A stretch of DNA of 64,000 bases from Solirubrobacterales bacterium (lineage in GTDB: Bacteria; Actinomycetota; Thermoleophilia; Solirubrobacterales; 70-9), in the NCBI GenBank assembly GCA_036260485.1, contig DATAMR010000007.1, positions 691-64,690 of the forward strand, read 5' to 3'. Under the pieces are notes generated by a model. It saw nothing but the letters and a program-made list of their open reading frames with translations, had not been told where the DNA came from and searched no databases. Below, piece by piece: positions 8,927-17,082 of this stretch. The number at the start of each line of letters is the position of its first letter. Position 1 is the first letter of the stretch. The position numbers were made by a program, and so were the translations under genes.

Positions 8927-9286
8927 CTAGCTGCTCGCCGGCTCGCCGAACGCCGCGAGGGCCTCCTCGACGGTGTCGAAGACGAGGCCGTTGCCGATCA
9001 GGCCGGTCATCGAGAGGACGCGAAGGACCTGGGCGGTTGGTGCGTAAACGAGCAGCCGGTGCCCTTCCTCCTCCATCCGGTTGCGGGCCCGGAGGATCAC
9101 CGCGATCCCGGAGGAGTCGATGAAGGCGCAGCGTTCGAGGCCGACCAGGACGCGAGTTGACTTCGCCGCGGCGGCGGCGAGGACCTCGTCGAGCCGATCG
9201 GCGACGGCAAGGTCAAGCTCGCCTTCGATCTGGACGTCGCTGCAGTCGGGCTGCAACTCTCGCTCGGTGACGGTGAATCGCTGCAC
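8927..9286 (-). CDS. STAS-domain anti-sigma-factor antagonist (SpoIIAA/RsbV-like)
   Basis: GTG 9286 (VQRFTVTERE...). Contains the canonical FIDSSGIAVIL phospho-serine block. The ORF-track N-terminal extension is Arg/Gly-rich. Confidence 0.85.
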   Translation of the reverse strand: MQRFTVTERELQPDCSDVQIEGELDLAVADRLDEVLAAAAAKSTRVLVGLERCAFIDSSGIAVILRARNRMEEEGHRLLVYAPTAQVLRVLSMTGLIGNGLVFDTVEEALAAFGEPASS

Positions 9287-9364
9287 TGCGGCGAATCGTA
9301 ATCGGTTGGCCCCGGCGCCGAGCAGCAAGGGTTGCAAGAGCGAGCGCAGGGGTAGGTAGAGCCG

Positions 9365-9898
9365 GTGAGGCCCGAGGACGACTCCGCGACGAAGACGCCC
9401 GAGATGGTGGCCGGCTACGCCGACCCAGACGAGCGCCCCCCGTTCGTCCCCTACCTCGCCTTCATGAGCATCTTCGGCACGCTTGTCGGCGCCGCGCTGC
9501 TGATCGCCCGCCGCCAGGGCCGCGAGCTGCCGGCGAAGGCCAGCGCGGGCGAGCTGCTGCTGGTCGGCACCGCCTCCCACAAGCTCAGCCGGGTGATCTC
9601 CAAGGACAAAGTGACGAGCCCCCTGCGCGCCCCATTCACCGAGCTCGAAGGCAAGGGCGGCCCGGCCGAGCTGGAGGAGCGCTCCCGCGGCAGCGGCTTC
9701 CAGAAAGCGTTCGGCGAGCTGCTGATCTGCCCCTACTGCCTGGGACTCTGGCTCGTCGCCGCCTTCTCGGTCGGCTTGATCTTCGCTCCGCGCCTCACCC
9801 GCTTCATCGCCTCCCTCTTCTCGGCGCTGACGATCTCGGACTTCTTCCAGATCGCCTACAAGGCCGCCGAGGAGAAGGGCCTGGGGGACGCCGGATGA
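9365..9898 (+). CDS. DUF1360 membrane protein
   Basis: CPYCLGLWLVAAF motif and flanking hydrophobic segments. ATGA overlap with the next gene at 9895. Confidence 0.7.
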   Translation: MRPEDDSATKTPEMVAGYADPDERPPFVPYLAFMSIFGTLVGAALLIARRQGRELPAKASAGELLLVGTASHKLSRVISKDKVTSPLRAPFTELEGKGGPAELEERSRGSGFQKAFGELLICPYCLGLWLVAAFSVGLIFAPRLTRFIASLFSALTISDFFQIAYKAAEEKGLGDAG

Positions 9899-10395
9899 CG
9901 CAGAACGCGAAACCGGACCGGCTGCTGGCCATCTACCTCAACGACCATCTGGCGGGGGCCGCGGGCGGCCTCGAGCTGGCACGCCGCCTGCGGTCGAGCA
10001 ACCGCGACGATCCGGAGATGGGGCCGCCGCTGGCCGAGGTTTGCGCCGAAATCGAAGCCGACCGGGAGACGCTCACACGGCTGACGGAGCGGCTCGGGGT
10101 CTCCCCGAACCCGGTCAAACCGGCGTTGGCGAAGCTCGGCGAGCGCCTCGGCCGGCTGAAGCTGAACGGCCAGCTGCGCGGCTACTCGCCGCTCAGCCGG
10201 ATGCTCGAGCTGGAGATCCTCTCCTCCGGGATCGGCGGCAAGGTCCAGCTCTGGAACGCGCTCGAGCAGCGCTTCGGCGACTCGCTCGAGGGCTTCGACT
10301 TCCACGCCCTCGCCGAGCGGGCCGACCGCCAGGGCCAGCGGGTCGAGGATCTGCACCTGAGCGCGGCCGAGCGCGCCCTAGGCGACCGCCATTGA
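9895..10395 (+). CDS. Conserved-looking hypothetical helical protein
   Basis: 166 aa, high GC3, coupled to the DUF1360 gene. No domain I can name. Confidence 0.55.
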   Translation: MTQNAKPDRLLAIYLNDHLAGAAGGLELARRLRSSNRDDPEMGPPLAEVCAEIEADRETLTRLTERLGVSPNPVKPALAKLGERLGRLKLNGQLRGYSPLSRMLELEILSSGIGGKVQLWNALEQRFGDSLEGFDFHALAERADRQGQRVEDLHLSAAERALGDRH

Positions 10396-10414
10396 GATCG
10401 GCCACCGCCACGCC

Positions 10415-11347
10415 TCAGACGTAGGCGGCCTCGCGTGCCAGGGCGTGCAGGCGGACGGTCGTGCCGCCCGCGCCGGAGCGGATCTGGACCAGGTCGCAGA
10501 GCTGGTTGGCGAGCCAGAGGCCGCGGCCGCCCTCCTGGGCGGCGTCGGGACGCACGCGCCCGACCAGCGGCTCGACGATCCGGCCCCGGTCCTCGACTTC
10601 GGCCAGCAGCCGCTCCTCCTCGGGCCACAGGCGCAGCGTGCCGCTGCCGCCGCCGTGCACCACGCTGTTGGCGGCCAGCTCACTGGCGGCGGTGACGAGG
10701 TCGGCTGCACCGCCCGCATCCATCCCCGCCCGCTCCGCCGCGGCGGCAACCCGGTGGCGGACCTCGGCCAGCTCGCCGCGCTGAAAATCGAAGCTCTCGG
10801 CCGTGGCAAGAGGCTGAGGCAACCGCCCCGCGAAGCAGTCGACGTCGAGGACGTAGGAGACGCTCTCTTCGCTCACCCCGTCGCGGCAGACTCGGGGGTG
10901 CGATTGGCCCACCTTGTCGAGGACCTCGTCGTCGAGCGAGCCGGCGTCGTAGGGGCAGAGCAGCCACCAGGCGGGGCCGTCGTCGAAGACGACGTTGAGC
11001 AGGGACTCATGGCGGTGGCACTCCTCCAGCGCCGCGGCGCTGCGGGCGGCCCACACCGGTTCGCCGATTCCTCGCACCGGCCGGCCGCCGGCCGCGTCGA
11101 CGAACTCGCGCCAGATCGGGATGATCGCGGCGGGATTGCGGCCCACCTCGCGCATGTCGGCGAAGCGGACCCGCTCCGCTTCGGCGCCGAGCTCGCGTTG
11201 CAGCAGCGCCGTCTGGTCGGGCCCGACCGCGACCAGCGCCGGCTGATCGGCCTCGAGGCCGGCCCGCAGAAAGGGGATGGCCACCGCCAGGTACTCGTCC
11301 GAGCCCTCGTAGATCAGCGCCTCGTGTTGGAAACCGGGTTGTTTCAT
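10415..11347 (-). CDS. MEDS sensory domain fused to an RsbW/SpoIIAB-like anti-sigma serine kinase (HATPase_c)
   Basis: ATG 11347 (MKQPGFQHEALIYEGSDEYLAVAIPFLRAGL, MEDS-like). The C-terminal ELAANSVVHGGG ... GRGLWLANQLCDLV is a GHKL ATP-binding fold. ATGA overlap with the upstream GT2 gene. Confidence 0.8.
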   Translation of the reverse strand: MKQPGFQHEALIYEGSDEYLAVAIPFLRAGLEADQPALVAVGPDQTALLQRELGAEAERVRFADMREVGRNPAAIIPIWREFVDAAGGRPVRGIGEPVWAARSAAALEECHRHESLLNVVFDDGPAWWLLCPYDAGSLDDEVLDKVGQSHPRVCRDGVSEESVSYVLDVDCFAGRLPQPLATAESFDFQRGELAEVRHRVAAAAERAGMDAGGAADLVTAASELAANSVVHGGGSGTLRLWPEEERLLAEVEDRGRIVEPLVGRVRPDAAQEGGRGLWLANQLCDLVQIRSGAGGTTVRLHALAREAAYV

Positions 11348-12387
11348 GGCTTGCCCCTTGCCAACCCGGTTTCCCTGGCGGGAGAGAAACGAAACGAATC
11401 GGCGCTGCCTCTTCGGCCAGTCCGGCGCCGCCGTAGCTCCCGTTCCGAGTGGGCGGCGACGGCGATCACCGAGTCGCCGTAGCGGACGCCGCCGTAGCGC
11501 AGGCGCTGGACGACGGCCAGCCAGGCGCAGACGCCGCGCTCGAGCACCCAGACCGGCGCCAGCAGCGAGGAGGTGGCCGGGAAGACCGCCCTCCCTCCCG
11601 CTCTCCGCCGCCCCCGCTCTGCGACCAGGGTCGCGAGCGCCGTCGCGGCGAGCGCCGGCGAGCGCCGTCGCCTGGCGGTGCCGAGGGCGAGCAGCGGCAG
11701 GATCGCGAGCCAGAGGGCCATCCTCAGGGGCAGGGCGAAGTCGTCGTAGGCCTGGCGGGTGCGCTGGCCCCAGAAGTGCGAGGCCGACGGCGGCACCCGG
11801 GCGACGTAGAGGTCGAGCGGCGAGGCGACGCTGCCGCCATCGGCGCGAACGGTACGGATCAGCTCCAGGTTCTCGAAGAGGGCGTCGCCGTCGTAGAGGC
11901 CCATTGCCAGCAGCCGCGACCGGCGGGCCGCCAGCGTCCCGGGGTAGTCGCGGCCGAGGCCGCGGTTGAGGAGCGTGCGTGCCGTGTCCCAGCGGGCGTG
12001 CCAGGGCAGCGCGCTGAAGTAGTTCTGCGGGCGGACCAAGTCGTGCCGCTCGAGCAGCCGCGCTGCGCGCCGCAGGCCCTCGAGGTCCCAGCGGACGTCG
12101 TCGTCGGCGATCACGAGGCGCTCGCGCGAGGCGATCCGGACGCCGGTCCGGACGCCGGCGACCTTCCCCATCTGCCAGCGCTCGTCCTCGGCCGGGGGCA
12201 GGTGGGTGACGCATTCGCCCCATGCCTCGCGGTTGGCGGCGAAGACCGGCGGCGGCGAGCCGTCGACGACGATCACCTCGCCGCAGAGGGGCGCGATCGC
12301 GGCCAGATAGGCGGCCAGAGCCCGCCGCTGCTCGCCGTCGGCCCAGCGCAGCGGGACCAGGTAGGTGAGGTCGAGCGGCTCGCTCAC
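11344..12387 (-). CDS. GT-A fold (family 2-like) glycosyltransferase
   Basis: GTG 12387 (VSEPLDLTYLVPLRW...). VIVVDGS and IADDDV acidic motifs, with a C-terminal hydrophobic tail. Confidence 0.65.
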   Translation of the reverse strand: MSEPLDLTYLVPLRWADGEQRRALAAYLAAIAPLCGEVIVVDGSPPPVFAANREAWGECVTHLPPAEDERWQMGKVAGVRTGVRIASRERLVIADDDVRWDLEGLRRAARLLERHDLVRPQNYFSALPWHARWDTARTLLNRGLGRDYPGTLAARRSRLLAMGLYDGDALFENLELIRTVRADGGSVASPLDLYVARVPPSASHFWGQRTRQAYDDFALPLRMALWLAILPLLALGTARRRRSPALAATALATLVAERGRRRAGGRAVFPATSSLLAPVWVLERGVCAWLAVVQRLRYGGVRYGDSVIAVAAHSERELRRRRTGRRGSADSFRFSPARETGLARGKP

Positions 12388-12404
12388 CGGGCGGCGCCCC
12401 CGCC

Positions 12405-13421
12405 TCAGGCGGCGGCCGGGACCAGGGGCGAGCGCAGCGATGTTCCGGGTCCCTCCCACGAGTCCATCAGGTGGGTGGCCCAGCGCGCCTCGATCTGCAA
12501 CAGCGCCCGCGCCCCGAAGAGGATGTCGGCGGCCACCTCCGGCTCGTCGCGCGCCAGGCCGCCGGCCAGGTCCCAGGCGGCGATGTTCTCGTGCACCGCG
12601 TCGGCCTCGACGTGCTCGTCGTAGAAGTGCGTCACCTCGGGGCCGTAGCCGAGCCGCCGCAGGGCGCTGGCGTAGCGGCGGTTGGGGATCGAAGAGGTCA
12701 TCTCGAAGGCGGCGAGGTGGCCGACCAGGGCGCCGCGGCGGCGCCGGTGCAGGCCGAAGCCGGTCACCAGGTTGACGGCGGCCAGGGTCGGAGCCGGCCA
12801 GAGCTCGAGGTAGCGGCCGTAGGTCGCGTCGAGCCCGAGCCCCTCCATCGCCTTGGCGAAGAGCACGGAATGCATCCGCTCGGCGTTGCCGCCGCCGTAC
12901 TCGTCGAACTGGACCTCGAGCAGGGCGGACTTGGGCGCCGGGCCGAGGCGGGGGATCGCCCAGGAGTGCGGGTCGGCCTCCTTCAGCTGGTAGGCGGAGC
13001 GCTGGACGACGTGCTCGAGCATCTGCTCGCGCGTCCCCTGGATCTCCAGGTAGCGGGAGAGCGGCGGGCCGGGGTCCTCGGCGACGATCCCCTGCAGGGC
13101 CTCGCCGACCGACTCCAGCTCGGCCGCTTCGGCCGGCGCCACCAGCTCGGCGACGGCCGCTTCGAAGGGCCGCTCCAGCGCCGCGGTAAAGGCGAGCAGC
13201 GAGGGGTCCCACTCCCAGCAGGCGTCGACGCCAGCGATCTCCGCATAGTGGAGCTCGTAGGCGACGTAGAGGGCGAGCTGCAGGTCCTCGTCGGCGAGCG
13301 GGTCGGCCGAGTCGACCGGCCCGGGGTCCGCCAGCCCGCCGGGGGGCCCCTCGAGCGCCCCGAAGAGCTCCTCGCCGAGGGGACCCCGCGGCCGGGGCAG
13401 CTCGATCAGGCGCCCGGCCAT
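12405..13421 (-). CDS. Heme-oxygenase-like diiron (iron-containing redox enzyme) family protein
   Basis: ATG 13421. QFDEYGGGNAERMHSVLF, AAFE and EHVEADAVHE ligand-like blocks are typical of the Haem_oxygenase_2/HDO family. Confidence 0.8.
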   Translation of the reverse strand: MAGRLIELPRPRGPLGEELFGALEGPPGGLADPGPVDSADPLADEDLQLALYVAYELHYAEIAGVDACWEWDPSLLAFTAALERPFEAAVAELVAPAEAAELESVGEALQGIVAEDPGPPLSRYLEIQGTREQMLEHVVQRSAYQLKEADPHSWAIPRLGPAPKSALLEVQFDEYGGGNAERMHSVLFAKAMEGLGLDATYGRYLELWPAPTLAAVNLVTGFGLHRRRRGALVGHLAAFEMTSSIPNRRYASALRRLGYGPEVTHFYDEHVEADAVHENIAAWDLAGGLARDEPEVAADILFGARALLQIEARWATHLMDSWEGPGTSLRSPLVPAAA

Positions 13422-13639
13422 GGCTCCGGGGCGCTGGGTGCCTTGAAACCGATCAGCTTGTGGGTGCCGTCGCAGAACGGTCGGATCCGCGACTTGCCGC
13501 AGCGGCACAGCGCGATCGTCCGCCGCTCCAAGGGCACATCGTTGCCCTCGGAGTCGGTGACGGCGAACTCGCCGCGGATCAGGTAGGGACCGTCGGGGTA
13601 TGGGGTGATGGTTGCCGCTGGCGAGGAGTCGGCTCCCAT
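13406..13639 (-). CDS. CDGSH-type iron-sulfur domain protein
   Basis: CRCGKSRIRPFCDGTH motif. Overlaps the downstream HDO gene by 16 nt. Confidence 0.9.
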   Translation of the reverse strand: MGADSSPAATITPYPDGPYLIRGEFAVTDSEGNDVPLERRTIALCRCGKSRIRPFCDGTHKLIGFKAPSAPEPWPGA

Positions 13640-13640
13640 C

Positions 13641-14114
13641 TCAGCTGGTCCCGCTGCCGTTTTTCCGCGCTTTCTTGGTCGCCGCGGTGGCCGCCTCGAG
13701 ACGCTCGGCCTCGCGCTCGGTGGCGGCTGCCTCGGCCTTGGCCTCGATGCTCTCTTCCTTGGCCTCGAGCTTCTCGAGCTGCGCGGTCTTCTCGGCTTTG
13801 ACGTTGGCGCGCTTGACCTTGGCCGCGGCTTTCGTCGCTTTCGCCTTCCTCGCCTGCTCGGCTTTCTTCGCGCTGGCCTCGCGTTCCTGGCGTCGCTTCT
13901 CGGCTTTGCGCTTTTCCTGCTCGGCCTTGCGGCGAGCCTCGGCGGCCGCCTCGTTGGCCTCCTCGCGCAGCTTCGCGGCGCGCTCGCGTTCCTCCGCCGC
14001 GACCTCTTCGCGGGGGTCGGAGCTGCCGAGCGCGTTGTGGGCGATCTCGAAAGGCGTCCGCGCCAGCTTCAGCGAGGCACCAATCAGCGTGCGGGGAATC
14101 GTCGTCAGCGCCAT
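13641..14114 (-). CDS. Charged K/E/A-rich coiled-coil protein (hypothetical, LEA/phasin-like composition)
   Basis: ATG 14114 (MALTTIPRTLIGASLKLARTPFEI...) followed by a long E/K/A repeat. Has a 1-nt TGATG overlap with the CsbD-like gene, and its stop lies 1 nt before the CDGSH start. Confidence 0.6.
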   Translation of the reverse strand: MALTTIPRTLIGASLKLARTPFEIAHNALGSSDPREEVAAEERERAAKLREEANEAAAEARRKAEQEKRKAEKRRQEREASAKKAEQARKAKATKAAAKVKRANVKAEKTAQLEKLEAKEESIEAKAEAAATEREAERLEAATAATKKARKNGSGTS

Positions 14115-14602
14115 CAGTTCTGCCCCTTCGAGTCGATCCCGGCGGCGGCCTCTTGCGCCCGATCGGCTTTGCGCTCCAGTCCGGCGGCCTCGCGCTCGGC
14201 CGCTGCGGCCTCGCGGCGTTTCGCCGCGGCGCTCTCCTCGCCGGCCAGGCGCTGGCGCTCGGCCGCGGCCTTCTCGACCTCGGCGCGTTTCGCCGCCTCG
14301 CGCTCGTCCGCGGCCCGTTTGCGCTCGGCGTCCTCTTCGGCTTTGATCTCGGCGGCCTCGAGCTCGACCTCGTGGCGCTCGGCCTGGGTCTCGGCCCGCT
14401 CGGCCTCCAGCTTGGCTTCGGACTCGCGGCGCTCGGCCTCGGCGGCCTTCGCCGCGGCCTCGTCCTGGACGTCGGCCTGGACCTCCTGAAGCCGGCCCTC
14501 GCGGTGAAGATCGTCTCGTCCCAGCACCGACCCGACAGCTTGCTTCGCGCGCCCGACCGCCTTGCCCAGCGGACCGCCGGCAACCTTCTCTTGCTCGCTC
14601 AA
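14114..14602 (-). CDS. CsbD-like general-stress protein with an E/A/K-rich coiled-coil tail
   Basis: TTG start preceded by AAGGGAGA. The N-terminus GKAVGRAKQAVGSVLGRDDLHREG matches the CsbD motif. Confidence 0.7.
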   Translation of the reverse strand: MSEQEKVAGGPLGKAVGRAKQAVGSVLGRDDLHREGRLQEVQADVQDEAAAKAAEAERRESEAKLEAERAETQAERHEVELEAAEIKAEEDAERKRAADEREAAKRAEVEKAAAERQRLAGEESAAAKRREAAAAEREAAGLERKADRAQEAAAGIDSKGQN

Positions 14603-14724
14603 CTCGTCTCCCTTTGTTTTTCCTCTTTGGCTTGTTGCCAGTCGGGTACCCCGGGAGACGAGGGGCGAACCGGAGTGAGGTCACACTGGCGGGTGACAGG
14701 CGGGGCGTCTTGCCCCAATCCGTC

Positions 14725-15819
14725 CTAGTAGCGGAGGATCGCCGCCACCCCTTCGGCCTCGGCCAGCGGGGCGGCGGCCTCGCCGCGCACGACGGTCACC
14801 TGGGCGCCGCTGGCGAGCGCGGCGCGGATCAACGGCTCGGCCTCGGCGCCGATCGCGACGTCGAAGACGAGGCGATCGACGCGGCCCTCGGCCAGCGCCC
14901 CCTTCGTCTCCTGCAGGCCGGCGGCGCCGCGGCTGCCGCCCTTCGACTCTTCCAGCGCCCGGGCGACGGCGGCCCGGTGGCGCTCGTCGTCAAGGCCGAG
15001 GACGACTTCGGAGACGACCTCGCTCAGCTTTCCCGTCGGGACCGAGATCAGGTCGGCGTCGCCGCCGACGCTCAGCTTCAGCCCCGAGGAGCCAAAGCCG
15101 GACCTGAATCCCTCCAAGTCTTTCGCCGGCCCGAAGACGACCAGCTCTCCCAGGCTTTCCTCACCGAGCTTCTCGGCGAGGACACCCCCGCACTCGGCGA
15201 GGAAGCGCTGGCGGTTGTGGTCCAGCCGTTCGTCGAACTGGTCGTGGCCGGAGGAGCTGATCCCGTGGGCTTGGGCGGGGTTGTTGCTGCCCTGCGCCTT
15301 GCGCTCGCGCCAGTCGAGGCTGGTGACGGTGAGATCCCACTCCCCGAGCTCCTCCAGCTTGCCGCCGGCGAAGCGGAGCAGCCGCACCCGCTCGGCGGAG
15401 AGGAGCGCGACCCCGCAGGGCCCGCCCCTACCGCAGAGGTCGAACAGCGGCGCCACCGCCGGCTCGGGGGCGAACTCGACGCACTCGCCGGGAACCGGGG
15501 CGACGGCGGCGCCGAACCAGTGCTCGACCCCGGCCTTCTCCGCCACCTCGACGAAGCCCGCTTCGCCGCGCGGGGGCGGGCGCAGCTCTCCGTCCTCGAA
15601 GCGCTCGAGCAGCCGTTTGGCGGTCGCCCGCAGGGCGATCCGGCGCTCGTGCTCGGCTTCGGCGTGGAGGTCGAGGACTCCCTCGATGCCGTTGCGCAGC
15701 TCGGTCCGCCAGGCGCCGCCGCGGTCGGCCGGGTCGAAGCCGAGGTAGACGGAGAGGACACCAAGCGGCGGCCGCCATTCGCTCAGCACGCGGGCGTCCT
15801 CCAAGGTCGGTTGCGTCAT
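14725..15819 (-). CDS. aeRF1-like (bacterial archaeo-eukaryotic release factor / Vms1-type peptidyl-tRNA hydrolase-like) protein
   Basis: 364 aa with an AGGAGGAG SD. The central RERKAQGSNNPAQAHGISSSGHDQFDERLDHNRQRFLAE resembles the host-attachment/baeRF core. The family assignment is from memory of sequence style only. Confidence 0.5.
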   Translation of the reverse strand: MTQPTLEDARVLSEWRPPLGVLSVYLGFDPADRGGAWRTELRNGIEGVLDLHAEAEHERRIALRATAKRLLERFEDGELRPPPRGEAGFVEVAEKAGVEHWFGAAVAPVPGECVEFAPEPAVAPLFDLCGRGGPCGVALLSAERVRLLRFAGGKLEELGEWDLTVTSLDWRERKAQGSNNPAQAHGISSSGHDQFDERLDHNRQRFLAECGGVLAEKLGEESLGELVVFGPAKDLEGFRSGFGSSGLKLSVGGDADLISVPTGKLSEVVSEVVLGLDDERHRAAVARALEESKGGSRGAAGLQETKGALAEGRVDRLVFDVAIGAEAEPLIRAALASGAQVTVVRGEAAAPLAEAEGVAAILRY

Positions 15820-15955
15820 CGACTGGTCTCCTCCTGTTTCGGGTGCGCTCCGCCTACCCCGGCAGATGGTGCCAGGAAACTAGGCCGAGGCCCAGGGCTC
15901 CGCGTCACATGTCGAATGCGTACTACCTCAAAACGGACCGGGCGCCGGACGGCAG

Positions 15956-15985
15956 TTGACACGGCTTCCGTTTTTGATTTAGCTT
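15956..15985 (+). promoter_or_regulatory. Candidate sigma70-type promoter for the secreted His-rich protein gene
   Basis: TTGACA (15956-15961), an 18-nt spacer, then TAGCTT (15980-15985, fits TANNNT). Lies about 70 nt upstream of ATG 16053. Confidence 0.35.
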
Positions 15986-16052
15986 CCCAGAACGTTCAAG
16001 AGCGCTCTCGCAGGGAGAGGCGCTCGCTCTATCTCGAATGGGGAGGAATCAG

Positions 16053-17009
16053 ATGCAAGCGATCAAGCGCTTGACCATGCTCGTCTGCGCGCTCGCGCTG
16101 TTCGCCGTCCCGGCGACCGCGAACGCGACGATCACCACGAAAACGATCGACTACGGCCCGTACACGATCCCGGCCGGCAACGGCGACCCGCACGACCACG
16201 AAAACGCGGGGATGATCACCAACCAGATCGTCAGCAACATCTCCAAGCCGTGCACCGGCTGCACGATCATCGGCATCACGCCCGACCTCGTCTACACCGA
16301 CGGGACCAAGGCGACGATCAGCCAGGGGCCGATGCTCCACCACGCGATGTTCGCGGCCCAGTCGAGCGGCAAGTCCGACGTCACCTGCGCCGGCAAAGGC
16401 CCGGGCCTGCTGGGCGAACGCTTCTTCGCCTCCGGCGACGAGCGCACCCCGGTCGACCTGACCGCGCTGCCCTACGGCTACAAGGTCAACAGCACCGAGA
16501 CCTGGAACATGGTCTTCGACCTGATGAACTGGGCGACGACCAGCAAAGCGGTGAAAATCCGGATGACCTGGAAGTACGCGACCGGCACCGACGCGACCAG
16601 CCGCGCCGCCCTGCGCCCGGTCTGGCTCGACGCCAACCAGTGCTCGCTGAACTCCTACATCGAAGTCCCGATCGGCTTCAGCGACACGCACTACGACTGG
16701 ACCTCGACCTTCGGCGGCAAAGTGATCGCCACCGCCGGTCACATCCACGACCACGGCGTCAACATCGAAGTCACCAACAAATCCGCCGGCGAATCGATGA
16801 TCTGCAACTCGGTGGCGGGATACGGCGGCGCCGGCTACGAAACGCCCGACGGCCGCAAACACGTCTCCTCGATGGGCGTCTGCACCGGCAACCCGGTCGC
16901 GACGTTCACCAAAGGCCAGACGATCCGCCTGCACGGGATCTACAACGTGCCGGAAGGGCATCACCTGATCGACGACGCGATGGCGATCGCGATCATGTAC
17001 GTCGGCTAG
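16053..17009 (+). CDS. Secreted His-rich beta-sandwich protein, PHM/DBH-like copper monooxygenase or Nod19-like
   Basis: GGGAGGA SD 5 nt before ATG 16053, followed by a signal peptide (LTMLVCALALFAVPATANA). The HH (MLHHAMF), HxH (GHIHDHG) and downstream Met (SSMGVC) spacing is like the CuH/CuM ligands. GC is visibly lower than in neighbouring genes. Confidence 0.6.
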   Translation: MQAIKRLTMLVCALALFAVPATANATITTKTIDYGPYTIPAGNGDPHDHENAGMITNQIVSNISKPCTGCTIIGITPDLVYTDGTKATISQGPMLHHAMFAAQSSGKSDVTCAGKGPGLLGERFFASGDERTPVDLTALPYGYKVNSTETWNMVFDLMNWATTSKAVKIRMTWKYATGTDATSRAALRPVWLDANQCSLNSYIEVPIGFSDTHYDWTSTFGGKVIATAGHIHDHGVNIEVTNKSAGESMICNSVAGYGGAGYETPDGRKHVSSMGVCTGNPVATFTKGQTIRLHGIYNVPEGHHLIDDAMAIAIMYVG

Positions 17010-17035
17010 CGAGCTCCGCTCGCGGTTCGGCTTGC

Positions 17036-17066
17036 GAGGGGCGCCCGTCCGCGACGGGCGCCCCTC
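17036..17066. terminator. Bidirectional stem-loop terminator between convergent genes
   Basis: Perfect 14-bp stem GAGGGGCGCCCGTC / GACGGGCGCCCCTC with a 3-nt loop. Confidence 0.6.
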
Positions 17067-17082
17067 TCATCCCTCCCTGGCG

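Noticed and set aside
9287-9364. Sigma70-like promoter (TTGCAA ... TAGAGC) in the STAS / DUF1360 divergent gap.
   Set aside because: The -10 candidate does not fit TANNNT at a proper spacing, so there is not enough support.
14701-14715. GGGGC-gtctt-GCCCC hairpin after the aeRF1-like gene as an intrinsic terminator.
   Set aside because: The stem is only 5 bp with no U-tract on the transcribed strand, which is too weak to call.
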